Origin: Cenococcum geophilum
Taxonomy: Eukaryota
Length of the DNA stretch: 64,000 nt
Direction of reading: 5' to 3'
NCBI GenBank assembly: GCA_050273025.1
Contig: CP158635.1
Coordinates: 12,772,001 to 12,836,000 of the forward strand
A model generated the notes under the pieces. The model was not told the DNA's origin and searched no databases. It worked only from the letters and a program-made list of their open reading frames with translations. Shown one piece after another: positions 46,301 to 59,606 of this stretch. How positions within the stretch are numbered: position 1 is the stretch's first letter; every line of letters starts with the position of its first letter. Position numbers and translations under genes: made by a program.

Positions 46301-48691
46301 ACCCAGAACGAATGAGTGTTGTAGAAGTCAACTCATCTAATTACGTTACTAGAGGCATTCTGTCTTAATACAACGAAGAAGAAGTATTGCACCCTATAGC
46401 ATACTTCTTAAAGCGACTAAGCCCTACTGAATATAATTATAAGATCTATAATAAAGAATTGCTAGCTATTATTAGATACTTTAAGTAATAGTGACCCAAA
46501 CTAGAAGGCGCCGGATTTCTAATTAAGGTCCTTAGCGACTATAAGAACCTATAGTACTTTACGACTATAAAACAGTTAAGTCATTATTAGGCTTGCTGGT
46601 TAGAATATCTGTTATGCTTCTAATTCTTAATTACGTACCGCCTAGGCGTCTAAGGTTAGAAGCCTAATGCCCTAACCTGACGCTTATAAAACGCGCCAGC
46701 CCTAAAAAAAGCGCGCTCTTACCGAAATTAGACCCTACTTCGCCCTAAACTATTTAACCCTCCTACTAAAGATCTTACGGTATACGTCCTTGAAATAACT
46801 AATTAATCGATTAAATAGATTATAGTTAATAAATACCCAAATAACGAGTTTATCTAAGAGACGCTTAAACTAATGTAAGATAGTATTAAACGCTTTAGAA
46901 AGATTTCTCTAAGTAAATACAAAGCCTGCGGAAACTACCTATATTACCAGAACCGTCTAATTATCCCTAATTATAATAAGCTTAAGCTTAAGCTCCTTAA
47001 ACACGTATATAATCTATTAGTAGCCAGCCACCTAGGCTAAGGAAAAACCCTAGAACTGCTCTAACGAGAATATTATTAGCCGAATATACACAATATAACA
47101 CAAAGGTATATCTCTAGCTGCTATATCTGCCGGTGAGCTAAAACTTTGCATAAGACGTATAATGGCCTTCTAAAGCTATTACCTGCTTTAAACCGAAGAT
47201 GGAAAAACATCTTAATCAACTTCGTTGTTAATCTCCCCGTAAGTAAAGGCTGTATGAATATTATAGTAGTTATAGACTAACTATCCAAAATAAGACACTT
47301 AATTGCCTACCCCGATATATTAACACCTGTCGTCGCCTAACTATTCCTAGATTACATATAGAAACTCCATAGACTCCCTAAAACAATTATCTCTAATAGA
47401 GGTAGCCAGTTTATCTCTATATTTTAGGAAGAACTAACTACCTAACTCCACATTAAAGCACTATTGTCTACGGTATACTACCTAGAAACGAATAGTTAAA
47501 TAGAATATATAAATGCTATAATGGAGCAGTATATTTAGATATATACGTTATACTTATAAGATAACTGGATTAACTGGCTTGTATTTACCAAGTTTATAGC
47601 AAATAATTCCGTTTTAGAAACCACAAAGGTCTCCCCGTTCCTGGCTAACTACGGCTAGCATCTATAAATAGGTTTTAAACCCTTTAGTAACGTTCCTCGC
47701 CCCGCTTATTAAGCCTTATAAGTTATAGAAGTAAATAAATTTATAAAAAAGATAGAGGAACTATAATAGTTTTTTACTAATAAAATAATATGGGCCCAAT
47801 CTGTCTATAAAGCCGCAGCGAATAAGAAACAAACCCCAGCACCGGCCTACTAAATTGGTAACTTTATCTGGCTAAATATAAAAAATCTAAACATAAAACA
47901 ACCTACTAAGAAACTTAATTGGAAGAACGCTGGCCCTTATAAGGTTAAGAAGGTCGTCTCCTTTTACTCCTACTAATTAAAGCTCCCTGATACGGTTAAA
48001 ATCCACCCTATATTCTATACGTCAGTCCTTTATCCTACTGCCCCCGTATTAAACGCCCTGCCTAGATAGATATAGGACCCTCCCCCACCAGTTAAAGTAG
48101 ATGGTAAGAATAAGTACTTTATTAAAAGAATTAATAATATTAAGTATAATAAACGGAAACGCTAATATATATATCTTATAAAATGGAAAGGCTTTACCAA
48201 GTCCTTATGGGAACCTATTAACTCTATAGGACTTACATAAGCCGCAGAAGACTTTTACGAACTCCACCTAGAACTACTACAGCCCTATCTCGCAGAAGCT
48301 TAAGTTTAAAGGGGGGGTACTGTTATAGGACACCCTCGTAACACCTTGTATATATCCACCTATTTCCACCAACTTAGCAATTAAAGACTAACCGCGAAAT
48401 GGTAATCTAACGGCAATCTAATAGCAATCTAACGGCAATCTACGGCATTCTGCTATATTCTGCCAAGTTCTACTAAATTCTGCTAAGTTCTGCTAGAACT
48501 ATAACCTAAACCCTATTCTACCCTATATATATATTAACTAAGCAACCAAGTTAAAGACATATACCCTTTCTTCCCGTTTTCCTACCTTCTTTCCTTACGC
48601 AACGTCTTAACCTCCTTATACAGTTTATGTATATAGCTTAATAATATCTACCTTACTATATATTATCGCCGCTTATACTTACTCCGTGACA
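37330..48691 (+). mobile_element. Ty3/Gypsy chromovirus F (5924 bp net) inserted in E
   Basis: LTRs 37330-37678 (349 bp) and 48321-48691 (371 bp). TSD CTAGG/CTAGA. PPT 48308-48317. Zinc knuckle YFKCGSKDH ~38674, [11 protein letters not shown] ~45577, AYINDILIY ~45880, YLIKWKGF ~48172. Confidence 0.93.
39395..44827 (+). mobile_element. Ty1/Copia element G (5433 bp), innermost insertion
   Basis: 245-bp LTRs at 39395-39639 and 44583-44827. Perfect TSD TAAAC. GTTATAAGCC after the 5' LTR; PPT GAGGGGG. Order is gag, protease (ADTHFCND), WH*RL, integrase, RT (FKARLVVRGDL, YIDDILI ~43500), RNase H (MVADGLTKAL ~44394). Confidence 0.94.
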
Positions 48692-50600
48692 CTAGAAAGC
48701 TTTAAAAGTAGGCTATAATAACCTTATAATTTCTAACGTTTTATGCGCTCTAGCGGAACTTATTATATGCCTTCTTTTATCTATTAAGGGGGTGCCTAGT
48801 TAACTAGTAATTTGGCTTCTTATAAATATAGCACTTCTTCTAACAATCGCTCCGAAATGGACCTCCATAATTACCTTATAGTTAACGTTAATTATACCCT
48901 TTGCCGTATTCCCTACCGCGGCTACTGTATGTTTAATTAGTCTAGTTGTAATCGTGTTAGTCGGCTGGGTTGATTAAAGTAGGTTAGGGTTAGGTGTTAA
49001 ATTACTATACTTCTTAAGAGCGTAGAGCGGTGCTAATAGATGATTTTAACTAAGTATATACTCCTTTATAAGTACCCGCGGGGTTAAAAAGAGTAAGGTT
49101 ATATTTTTTAACACCTTAATATGCGCTAATAACTTAATCGCGTAGGCTGAAGTCCTTTTAATATAATTTGGATAAACCACACTGAATTATCTAAAGTTAA
49201 TTAAAGAGCTTTTAAAGATAATTAAGCTAAGAGACATCTGGGTTTGCAGCAATAATTCTTAAAAAGGTAGTCTCTCTCTACTTCGATATATACTGCTGCT
49301 TATTCTCTTCTATTTTAAAGTGGTATCTTGTTTTATATATTATACAGTTAAAATTATACCCTTTTCCTGTTAAACGGTTATAATAGAAGGTACTAGTACG
49401 GCCCTTAAGTATAACGGAATAGGCGTTATAGTATTGGTTAGGTTCTAGTCTAACCTTCTAGTAATAGTTATAGAAGATACGCAGCTTTAAATTAAGGATA
49501 TTATACAGTTCCCCGCTAAACTTCTTCTTTTAGTCTAAATAGAGCTTTATAAGCTCTGTAAGCGACTTTAAGATACCTTTAATTGGTATTTAGCTATATT
49601 AAGATTATATTAGAGATTAAAAGGGTGGGGTTTATATTATAGGCTGCGATAGTAATGTAGATCCGGTTAACGGAGTTTAAAGGTTATTAGATCGCGGAGT
49701 AAGAGGATCTTATATTTGCTAGGGGTTATTAATTAAGGTTATAGGTTAAATTAATTAGTATAGGGGAGTTAAAGATAGAGGTAGGAGCGTTTCTAGTGGT
49801 GTATTGCTTAGGTTCTAGCGTAAGTTAAGCTTCCTTATAGTACGTATTTAGTGCTTGATCTCTTATAAAGTTTATTTATACTCTTTTTTTACGTTTATAA
49901 CTTGCTCCTAAATATTGTCTTTAATAATACCTCTATTTATAGAGACAAATACTCTATACTCTTAAAGGAAGTTATAGAAGTCCTATACGATATCCTTATT
50001 TATAAGAACCTATATTTCCTTTATCCATTTAATAAAGTCCTCCTTTATATAGTACTATAGTATAGTATCGTTATATTCGCTGTCTTTATAGTATACTATA
50101 CAGTGTAATAGGAATCTATTTAGGTCCTATTGCTTGGCGTTTATAGGGTTAATGTCTTTATTTTATATCTCTGGGTTAATGTCGTTCTTATACTTCTTTA
50201 GGTAGGTTAACGCTATAATAGAAGTAGAATTAACGGGGTGTCATACGTTAAAGGTAGGTGGGATTTTCGGTTTTATAGAATCTTATAGGTTTACTATTAA
50301 AAGGTAGGTAATTTAAGATATAGTTAACGCGTTTCGGACGTTAACTTAGGACCTTAGGTTTAGTGATACTTCTAACCTAAAGTACTTGACTAAATCTTCG
50401 TAAATATAGTTGTTCTGCGTAATAGACGCAACTTAGTATCTTTTAGTACTTAATAACACTTCTATTACTAGTTTTCCGTAAGTTTAAGGTAGTATAATAT
50501 CGCTGGAATCCATTCTATATAAGCGTATATAGCACCCCTATATAAGACTGTCTCTTCTATTAATAACCTAGCTGCTCTATAGTTTACTATATATTTAACT

Positions 50601-50609
50601 ACTAATCAG
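50601..50609 (-). other. Candidate conserved hairpin site (PBS substitute) of GalEa-type Copia element E
   Basis: The minus strand reads LTR-end ACA followed by CTGATTAGT, one C>T away from the palindromic CTGATCAGT. No TGG-type tRNA primer site is present. Confidence 0.6.
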
Positions 50610-51655
50610 TGTTAGTAATATAGGGTAAATCACTAATACTACTCGAGTAGATACAGTAATGGAAAAGCTTGTTAATCTAGATAGGGGAGGGTAAGGAACT
50701 TAAGGTTCCTCACCACGCTAGTGCCGCGACAGCACGTAACGACAAGTTGCCTCACGTGACGGCAATTTACCGCACGTAATAGCAAATTGCCTTATTCCCA
50801 ACATAACGCCTTCTTAATATCTTCTAGTGTTATAGTAAAGATCTTATAGTCTTGTTTTCTTACTAACAAATAAAAGGGTACGGCTTATATTATATAAATT
50901 TTAAGGGGTTTTAATATATTATCTTCGCATTCTTTACTATAATTAGCAGTCGTAACTTTCTTATATTGGTTTAGGGTTTATAGCAAGGGTAATTTATATT
51001 GTATTAAATTTAAATAGTCGTGTGTATATTTGTAGGGTAAGTTATATTTTAAGTAATAACTTTAGCAGTAAGTTATATAAAAATTTTAGTGTTTCTTTAA
51101 CCTAGCTAATTAAAGGGTTATATTATTTTAGCTATCCGTATCTAAGTATTACCTTATAATACTTTAAGGGTGTTATAAATAGGGAAATATATTTAAGGTA
51201 TTCGCCTATTCGCATCTTTATAAGAGCGTAATGCGTTAGTTCGCTATATATTAAAGGCTTGCTATTAAAGCCTTATAGGCCTTAGGGCTTATTAAGTTTT
51301 TACGTAGTTCGTATTAATAAAGCCTATACTAGTAGCTCCGCTATCTATAAGGATTTATACTTCCTTTTATTTTCTAAGTATTTAAATTTCGCTAAGTATA
51401 TTAAGGGAGTTATATTATATATTAGCGCTAAAAGAGCCTAGACACTTATACTCTTCCACTTCTTATCTTAAGGCGCGACTTAGCCCTAAGATAATTCGTT
51501 TTCCGAATTAACTAAAGGTAAGATACTTTATAGTAACTAAGTATAATTTATAGAATAAGTGCGACTTAAGGACAGAGAGGAGCTATAGCGGACTTTTTTT
51601 AAAAGGGTAAGTTTAGTAATCCCTTTAAATATAACCCTTTTTTCTATATCTAAAA

Positions 51656-54600
51656 TGTTACAAACGCTTTAAGTACGATGTTATAACTACTTAAAGAAGA
51701 GACGAAAGAAGCTAGTTAGTTAATTTAGGCACGGTCCGGAATGGAGCCGATAGAACTATATAACGAGGAATGGTAACCAAGGTTATATAATATGCTACGT
51801 ATTAAATAAGAGGAACGAGAGGAACTTATATACCTTATATATAAGACGTACATTATATATAAAAAGGATTTTATAGGAGTATGGTTATATATTTAAGGAC
51901 CCTTAGTCCCTACCTAGATAGTTCCTTCCTTATAGTAATTCTTAAAATATAATTAGAGTTAATCTATTAGGCAACCACTCCACTAGTTATTATTACGTTG
52001 TTAACTTTTATACTTACATTTCTTATACACCTAGCCTATTAACAAACCTATTATAGTTCTTACTATAAGGTTCCGTTACACAATTACTACCTAATTACAG
52101 TATTAATATAAGAAGTTAAATAATATACCACTAAAAGCAGCCACTATAACGCCATTAACGGCAGCAACTACTTTAAGGATAGGAGGTAATACTAGTATAG
52201 CGGATACTAACTTATAGCAACCTATAACAGTCAGACAGCTATAGGAAATAGTTAATTAGCTAACAGCCAATAATATAGTATTAGAAGAAAGACTTAATAG
52301 GATAAAAGTAGTAAAGATTAAGCTACTATTAATTAAGAGATTTATAGGAAAGAGGTTAAAGCTTAAAGGATTCCTTACGTAGATACACTTTAAGGTCTTA
52401 TAGGAGGAAGTAAAGTTACCTATACCTATGGATCGGATAGCCTATACAGGACTATTCTTATTAAGAAAAGCACTTAAGTAGTTTAAATCTTACTTTACGG
52501 AGATATAGGTAAACGGAATAACAACCACTAACTAAGACGTGCGGTTTATGTTCTTAAGTTAAAAAGGATTTATAGAATAACTTACGCAGATATTTAGAGA
52601 CCTAGAAGAAACAACTATAGTAGAAAGAAAACTCTAGAACCTTATATAACGAACTTTAGCAATTAAGTATATAATATAGTTCTAGATACTAGTAATATAA
52701 ATAGAGTGGAATAATAGGGCGCTTATAGTATAGTATAAATAGGGACTTAAGGCTAAAGTCTAGGACGCAATTATCCTAATAAAAGATGCGGACACCCTAA
52801 GGGAACTAATAAATTAAGCGATTAAGATTAATAATTAGATCTACTAAAGGGAATAGGCTAAGAAAGGCTAAAATAGAGTTTTATAGTTATATAAGGCGCA
52901 AAGTACGCAATAATAAAAGCTAAGTTAGAAACTATAGTATAGCGCAGAGCTAATGGACCTAAGTAGTACTAAAGAAGCCTATAAGAGATAGAGCAAACTA
53001 TAGAAACCTAAAGGATAAAGATTAAGTAATTAAAGGTCTAAGGAGCAGAGGCCAAATTAGGGATCTTAATAGTAGAAGATATTTAGGCGGACTCTATAAT
53101 AAGAGAAATAGTTTAAAAAAGGAGCTTATATAAATTACGGAAAATAGGGTCATTACGTTAGAGACTATAAAAGTGGGTAGAGTTACTATATAGTAAAGGG
53201 TATAAGACTAGTAGACGATATATACGTATAAAGGGATAATAATATACTGCGAGGAACAAAAGAATGTTTAATTAGAAGTTTTGCGTTTTATTATAATAAC
53301 GTATACCAAATTTATAAAGACGCTAAGTATGGCGTAAGCTATTAGCTATAAGAGCTAGTACCTATAAGATATAGAGGAACTAATAAACCAGTTTGCAGAT
53401 TAGATATTAAGGACAATAAATTTAACCTAGGCGAAATATTCTGTAATAATAAGGTAATAAGGGCCGCTTACTAGGAGTAAGTAGACCTTAGAAATATTAT
53501 ACTAGAGGTAGAGGATAATTCTATTATAAAATAAGGAATATTAGTAGGGATTAAAACCCCACTAGACATAATATTTATCGCTTTACGAGATATAAGAGAA
53601 GTAAAACAGCGAACTACTTTAGCACTTAATAAAGGCAAAAGGCTAAAGGCTTAAGATTCTTAAGATAAGATAAGAGACGACTAAAATTCTTAAGATGAGA
53701 TAAGGTAAGCTTAAGGACCTATAATAGACAGAAACCAATAGAGTAGAGCAGCGGCTTAGTTTAAAGATATACAAATAAGCTTGGGATAAGAATTCCCAAC
53801 GGCATAAGATTCTTAAGACGAGATAAGTAAGATCTAGGACTCTTAAGATAAGATAAGGACACTAGTTAAGCCTAGTTAGACTAAGGTAAGGGCTAAGCTT
53901 AAGTTAGAAGTAAGCTTAGGATTAAAGAACCTAAGGGGTTAAAAATTTGGGGTATAAATTAGAATACCCATAGATAAGAGGCTAGGAGCTTCTTTACAGA
54001 TTAGAGAATCTGCGGCATAAGTAATAATTAGACTAAGAAACGAATATATAAACCTAGAGGATTTACTAGTTAAATAAAGTGTTTGGACTAAAGATTAAAA
54101 AGCCAATATTAGGATTAAGAAGTAAGATAACTTTAAGGATTAAAGCGCAAGGCGCAAACCAAAAGAAACCATAAAAGAATTTAGGCAAAGAATTATCGCG
54201 TAGTAAGAACAGAAACTAGATAGAAGATTTAGCATATTGGGATATATAAAGGATAGAGCACTAGTATAAAAAATCACTAATAAGCTAAGAGTAGGTATAC
54301 TAAGAGCTAAGTAGCTTACTAAACTGGAACAAGAAGAGGATTTAGGGATTCCTACTAGGTTTAAGAAACGACATATTAAAGGCTATCACAATATAGTAAT
54401 AAAGAAATATTTCCTTATAGATAGACTATATACACTCCAGCAGCTATATTAAAAGTAGTATAGGCAAAAACATACTAACAAATAGGAAGATTTCTATATA
54501 TAGTTGGATAAAAAAGTTATCTAGGACCACCTAATTATAGAGAAGGCTATAACGCATATTAAAGGAGCCTTAATTATAATATTAAAGAATCTAAAGGAAT

Positions 54601-57600
54601 GTTTAGAGGACTAGAAAAGTAAGAGATATATTTTAGTACCTATAAATAAAGTTACAACATTTAGATTAGCATAATAAAGGTTTAAACTTAGGGATAAAGA
54701 TAAGCTAAGAGTTAACCTAAAGCACCTAGCATACTATATAATATTATAGATTGCGTATATAGACAATATATACAAAATACATAAGAATCCGAAAGAGAAG
54801 AATTGGAAATACCCTATAAGGATATACTAGATAACGGACGAGTAATAGTATAAAAATGCTAAATATATATATAGATGGCATCTAATAAAGGTCTAAGAGG
54901 AAGGAAGTTTAGTACTTTAACTAGGAAGATTCCTTACGGAAGAATACTTAAACAGACAATAGTAGTAAAAATGCCTAGAAAATACATATCTATAGTATAT
55001 TAAAGATAAAAAGTAAACTAGATATTAGCTAAAGAGCGAGCTAAGTGCACTAAAATTAAGTAGCTAATAGTTAGGAAAAGTAGAGGCCCATAGGACTAGA
55101 GGGAGCCAGTAGTAGAGCCTTAGACCCTTAAAGGAATTTAAGGATGATACCTAAATTTATAAATTAATTAGTAAGATTAGCAGTTTAAAGCGCTAATAGA
55201 TAGTAAAGCAACGCGAAACTATATTTTACTAGTAGTAGTTAAGAAAATAGGACTACCTTATAGATAAAAGGAGTAATTTTACCTATTAGTTATAATTTTA
55301 GGAGATCTAATAACCTATAAAGGAGGGATTATTAATCTTAAAACAGGACCTATTTAGATAACTATTAAAGGGAGACAAATTAAGATATCTTTTAATATCC
55401 TACCGTTAGGACAGGACAAGGCAGTATTAGGTATACCTTAGTTACAAAAATATAATCTAAGGATTAATTAGATTATAAGTTAGGTTAATATTAGAGATAC
55501 TTAATGCTATAAGATATAATAACAAGCTAAGTTAGTATAGTACTAAGTAGGAGCAACCTATAAAGAAATAGAAAAAGGACTAAGCTATATACTAAAGAGA
55601 TACTATAAGTACAGTAAGAAACTATAGTCACCGGAAAGTAAAAAGCTGTTAGAATATATAGTATAGGACTATAAAATAGAGTTAAAACTAGGAATAAGTT
55701 TAAAGTTCTTTTTAATCTACAAGCTTACTAAAGAAGAAGGTAGAGCGTTAAAAGAGTTTATCTAGGAAAATCTATAAAAAGGATATATTAGACCATTGTA
55801 GTTATTAGCGGGTTATCTAGTACTATTTATACTAAAGAAGAATGGCAAACTAAGGCTGTATATTAACTATAGATAGTTAAACAGCATTACTAGGAAGGAT
55901 AGGTATCTTTTACCCTTAATTAGCGAAATCTAAGATAGAATAGGTAATACGCAAATCTTTATAAAGATAGATTTAAGATAGGCGTACTATTAGATTAGGA
56001 TTAAAGAAGGCGATAAATAAAAAGTAGCCTTTAGGTTAAAGGAAGGATTATATAAACCATTAGTTATATAATTCGGGCTTATAAACGTACTAGTAACGTT
56101 CTAGAAGCGTATTAACAATATATTAGGAGAATACTTAAATAAATTTATTATAGTATATCTTAATAATATTATTATATACTTAATAACTAAGGAAGAACAC
56201 GGGGAATATATTAAATAGGTCTTAAAGAAACTATAAGAAGAATAGATACTAGTAGTAATTAAGAAATGCAAGTTCTTTACTAGGAAACTAATTTTGTTAG
56301 ATTTATTATTAAACTAGGCTAATTTAGTATAGATTTAAAGAAGATCGAGGCTATAGTAAATTAGTAGGAACTAGAGAACGTTATATAGTTAAGATTATTC
56401 CTAGGGTTTTATAATTACTATAGAAGGTTTATAGCGCAGTAGTTAAAGGATATTAAGCTATTTACGCGGTTAATAAAGAAAGAAGAACTATAGGTATAGG
56501 GGGAGGAGTAAAGAAAACTCTTTAAGAAAGTTAAAGAGTTATTCACCCAGGAGCCAGTTCTTAAAATCTATTAACTAGGACTAGAGATAGTTATAGAAAT
56601 AAATATATCAGACTATATACTAGGGGCGTGCTTTATATAAAGGTATTAAGATAGATAGCACCTAGTGGTATACTATAGTTAAAAGATAATACTACCGGAG
56701 TTAAACTATAACATCTATAACAAGGAGTTATTAGGTATAGTTACAGCTTTAAAAAAATAGAGAGCATTCTTATAAGGCATAGAGAAACCATTTATAGTTA
56801 AGACGGATTATAAGAACTTAACAGGATTCCTAACAACAAAGGAACTTAATTAAAGATAGGTTAGATAGGTAGAGATGCTTACGGAATACTATTTTAAGAT
56901 TTAATATACTAAAGGTACAGATAATATACAGGCAGATGCTCTGAGCCATAAAGCTAAACTATAAAATAAGGAAAAGCTATTAGGGGCTTTATTATAAAAA
57001 GATATAGACGGATTAATTAGGTATAATTATCCAAAAATTATAGCAACTTAAGAAGATAATAAACTAGAGAAAGTCTACAAGACACCAAAAAGCTTTTAGG
57101 TATAAAGAATTCTAAAAGTATAGCTAGAAGATCTATAGACGGATATATACGAAAACTAAGAAGTAAAGTATATCCTAAGAAGTATAGTAGAGTAGTTTAT
57201 AAAGGACTTCTACAAGGGACTAACCTAAGGACACAATAGAGCTATAGGCTTAGTGTTAAGACTCTAGGAGGAGTATATTATTAACGGAATCTAGAGGATA
57301 GCTAGAAAAGTTATAAAAGAATATCTAAATTGTTAAAGGAATAAACTGACAAGGCATAAGCTATATAAAGGGCTATAACCTATTAAAATACTAAAAAGAC
57401 TATAGGAGGTTATATTATAGGACTTTATTATTAAGTTGCTAAAATTAAAAAATCCTATTACCGGACAAGATTATAACACAATTTTAGTAATAGTAGATAA
57501 GCTTATAAAGTGGGGATACTTTATAGCATATACAGAAGAAATCTCAGCGGAAGATGTCGCTAGAATCTATATTAAAGAAGTGTTTATAAGATATAGAGCA

Positions 57601-59606
57601 CTAAGCAAGATTATATTAGATAGAGATCCAAGATTTATAGCAGCATTTTAGAAAGTATTCTTAGCGGAGTAAGGAGTTTAAGCAGTAACTTCCACCGTAT
57701 ATTATCCGCAGACAGACGGTTAAACGGAAAGGTTAAATTAGACGCTAGAATAATACCTAAGGCATTATATCAATTATATATAGAATAATTGGGTATTACT
57801 ATTACTAGTTATATAGTTTATATATAATGCAACACCTTAAGAAGAAATAGGCATATTACTATTTAAGGCAAATTATAGATACAAGCTAAGAACATTATTA
57901 TTACTACGGTAAGTAAAAAAAACAAGTAGTACAGCTAAAAAGAGAATAAAGATATTAATGAATCTTTATACAGACCTTATAGAATTAGTAAAGAAAGTAT
58001 AAAAAAGAATAAAAAAGTACTATAATACTAAGAGATCTAAGGGACTAGATCTTAAAGAGGGAAATAAAGTGTAGCTACTACACAAAAATTTTAAGAGTCA
58101 ACGACTAAGCAAGAAATTGGACTACATTAGGCTAGGACCTTTTAAAATTATATAAAGAATTTCACCAGTTATATTTAAGTTAAACCTACCAGCTAAAATA
58201 AAGATCTACCCTATACAGCATATTATAATACTAGAGCCAGCATATAGGAATATTAAGCCACCAGTTTATAAAGCAGACACATATAAAGGATAAGAAGAAG
58301 ATAAATAGCAAGTATTAAAGATCATTAATTATAAGGACATCGATAACGAAACATAGTATAAGGTTAAGTGGATAGGCTACACTAAGACTACCTAGGAGCT
58401 ACTAGAGAATTTAAAGAACGCTATAAGAAAGGTATAGAAGTATCAGAGAAGATTAGGTTAGGCAGCATTAATAAAAAAAGGATCGCTAAAGAATAAGTTA
58501 CCTAAGGGGAACCCAAGAAGAGTAGTTGCCGAACTACTTAGATCTATTTCCTTCTCTATTAAAGGAGAATCCGTTCTTTTATTACCTAGTTTCTATAAAC
58601 CTTATTCTATAAGTTTCTACTTCTTAAAATAAACCTTCTTATAAACCTTCTTAAGATAAAGCAGACAAGCAGATGCCGTAATTTAAGTATCTAAGGCCTT
58701 CTATTCCGTATTATAAGAACGTTCTAACTTAGCAAGGGCTTATAACAGTTCACTATCTAGCCATATAGCAGTAGATTAAACACAAAACCTTAAGATAAAT
58801 TAATTAGGGAACTAGACGACTATTAAGAGTAATAGGTCGCGTATATTTAGCATTAAAAGTAGAGCGAACGTCATAGGATAAATAAATATTCACTTTAGTA
58901 CACTCTAAGTAAAAGGACGGTTGTTATAAAGATGGGTTTGCCAACGCAATATAAACTAACCCCTTTTTTAAATAACAAGAATATAGAGACGGTATAATCT
59001 CACCAAGAGATAATATTGCAGCAATAGTGCGAGCACGACGTTGGGCGTATAAAGAAGAAATTGCTTTAGGTATAATAAGCAATAATATTAACCAAATTAA
59101 TTAAACGGACATTACACCTTTAGTAAACAACTTAGAGATATTTTAAATCTTTAAGGACAAAGATAAAGAGGAGGGAGATAGTATTACGGACGCTTTAAGT
59201 ACAATATTACGACTACTTAGAGAAGAGACGAAAGAAGCTAGTTAGTTAATTTAGGCACGGTCTAGAATGGAGCCGATAGAACTATATAACAAGAAATAGT
59301 AACCAAGGTTATATAATATGCTACGTATTAAACAAGAGGAACAAGAGGAACTTATATACCTTATATATAAGACGTACATTATATACAAAAAGGATTTTAT
59401 AAGAGTACGGTTGTGTATTTAAGGACCCTTAGTCCCTACCTAGATAGTTCCTTCCTTATAGTAATTCTTAGAATATAATTAGAGTTAATATATTAGGCAA
59501 CCACTCCACCAGTTATTATTACGTTGTTGACTTTTATATTTGCATTTTCTACACACCTAGCCCATTAACGAACCTATTGTAGTTCTTGCTATAAGGTTCC
59601 GTTACA
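51656..59606 (+). mobile_element. Ty3/Gypsy chromovirus H (7951 bp) inserted in gag zinc knuckle of D
   Basis: 425-bp LTRs at 51656-52080 and 59182-59606. Perfect TSD TAAAA. PPT AAAGAGGAGGGAGA. RT YLNNIIIY 56155, integrase (ORF 57436), chromodomain YKVKWIGY ~58357. Confidence 0.94.
58540..59073 (-). pseudogene. Antisense accessory ORF of element H with Zn(II)2Cys6-like spacing (RIP-decayed; 3' end approximate)
   Basis: (M)PKAISSLYAQRRARTIAAILSLGEIIPSL-YSCY-LKKGLV-Y-x13-YLEC-x8-YDVRS. Reverting TAT/TAC to TGT/TGC gives C-x2-C-x6-C-x13-C-x2-C-x8-C at 58983-58873. Confidence 0.55.

Larger units (their letters stand above)
33563..50803 (-). mobile_element. Ty1/Copia element E, GalEa-like (~5.9 kb net), inserted in pol of D
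   Basis: LTRs 33563-33716 (154 bp) and 50610-50803 (194 bp). Perfect TSD TAACG. On the minus strand, integrase (~36100-36500) precedes RT (LKLL*RIAEAGTY**ATY, from KPLYGIAEAGTHWWATY, ~34990-35045). CTGATTAGT follows the 5' LTR. Confidence 0.9.

Noticed and set aside
48981..48995. GGTTAGGGTTAGG telomere-like repeat
   Set aside because: Only about two units, inside the Copia gag coding region.
12354..57651. ORF-track entries such as 12354, 27308 and 57436 as independent genes
   Set aside because: They are stop-free fragments of decayed pol genes; the others in this range are antisense noise in RIPed DNA.
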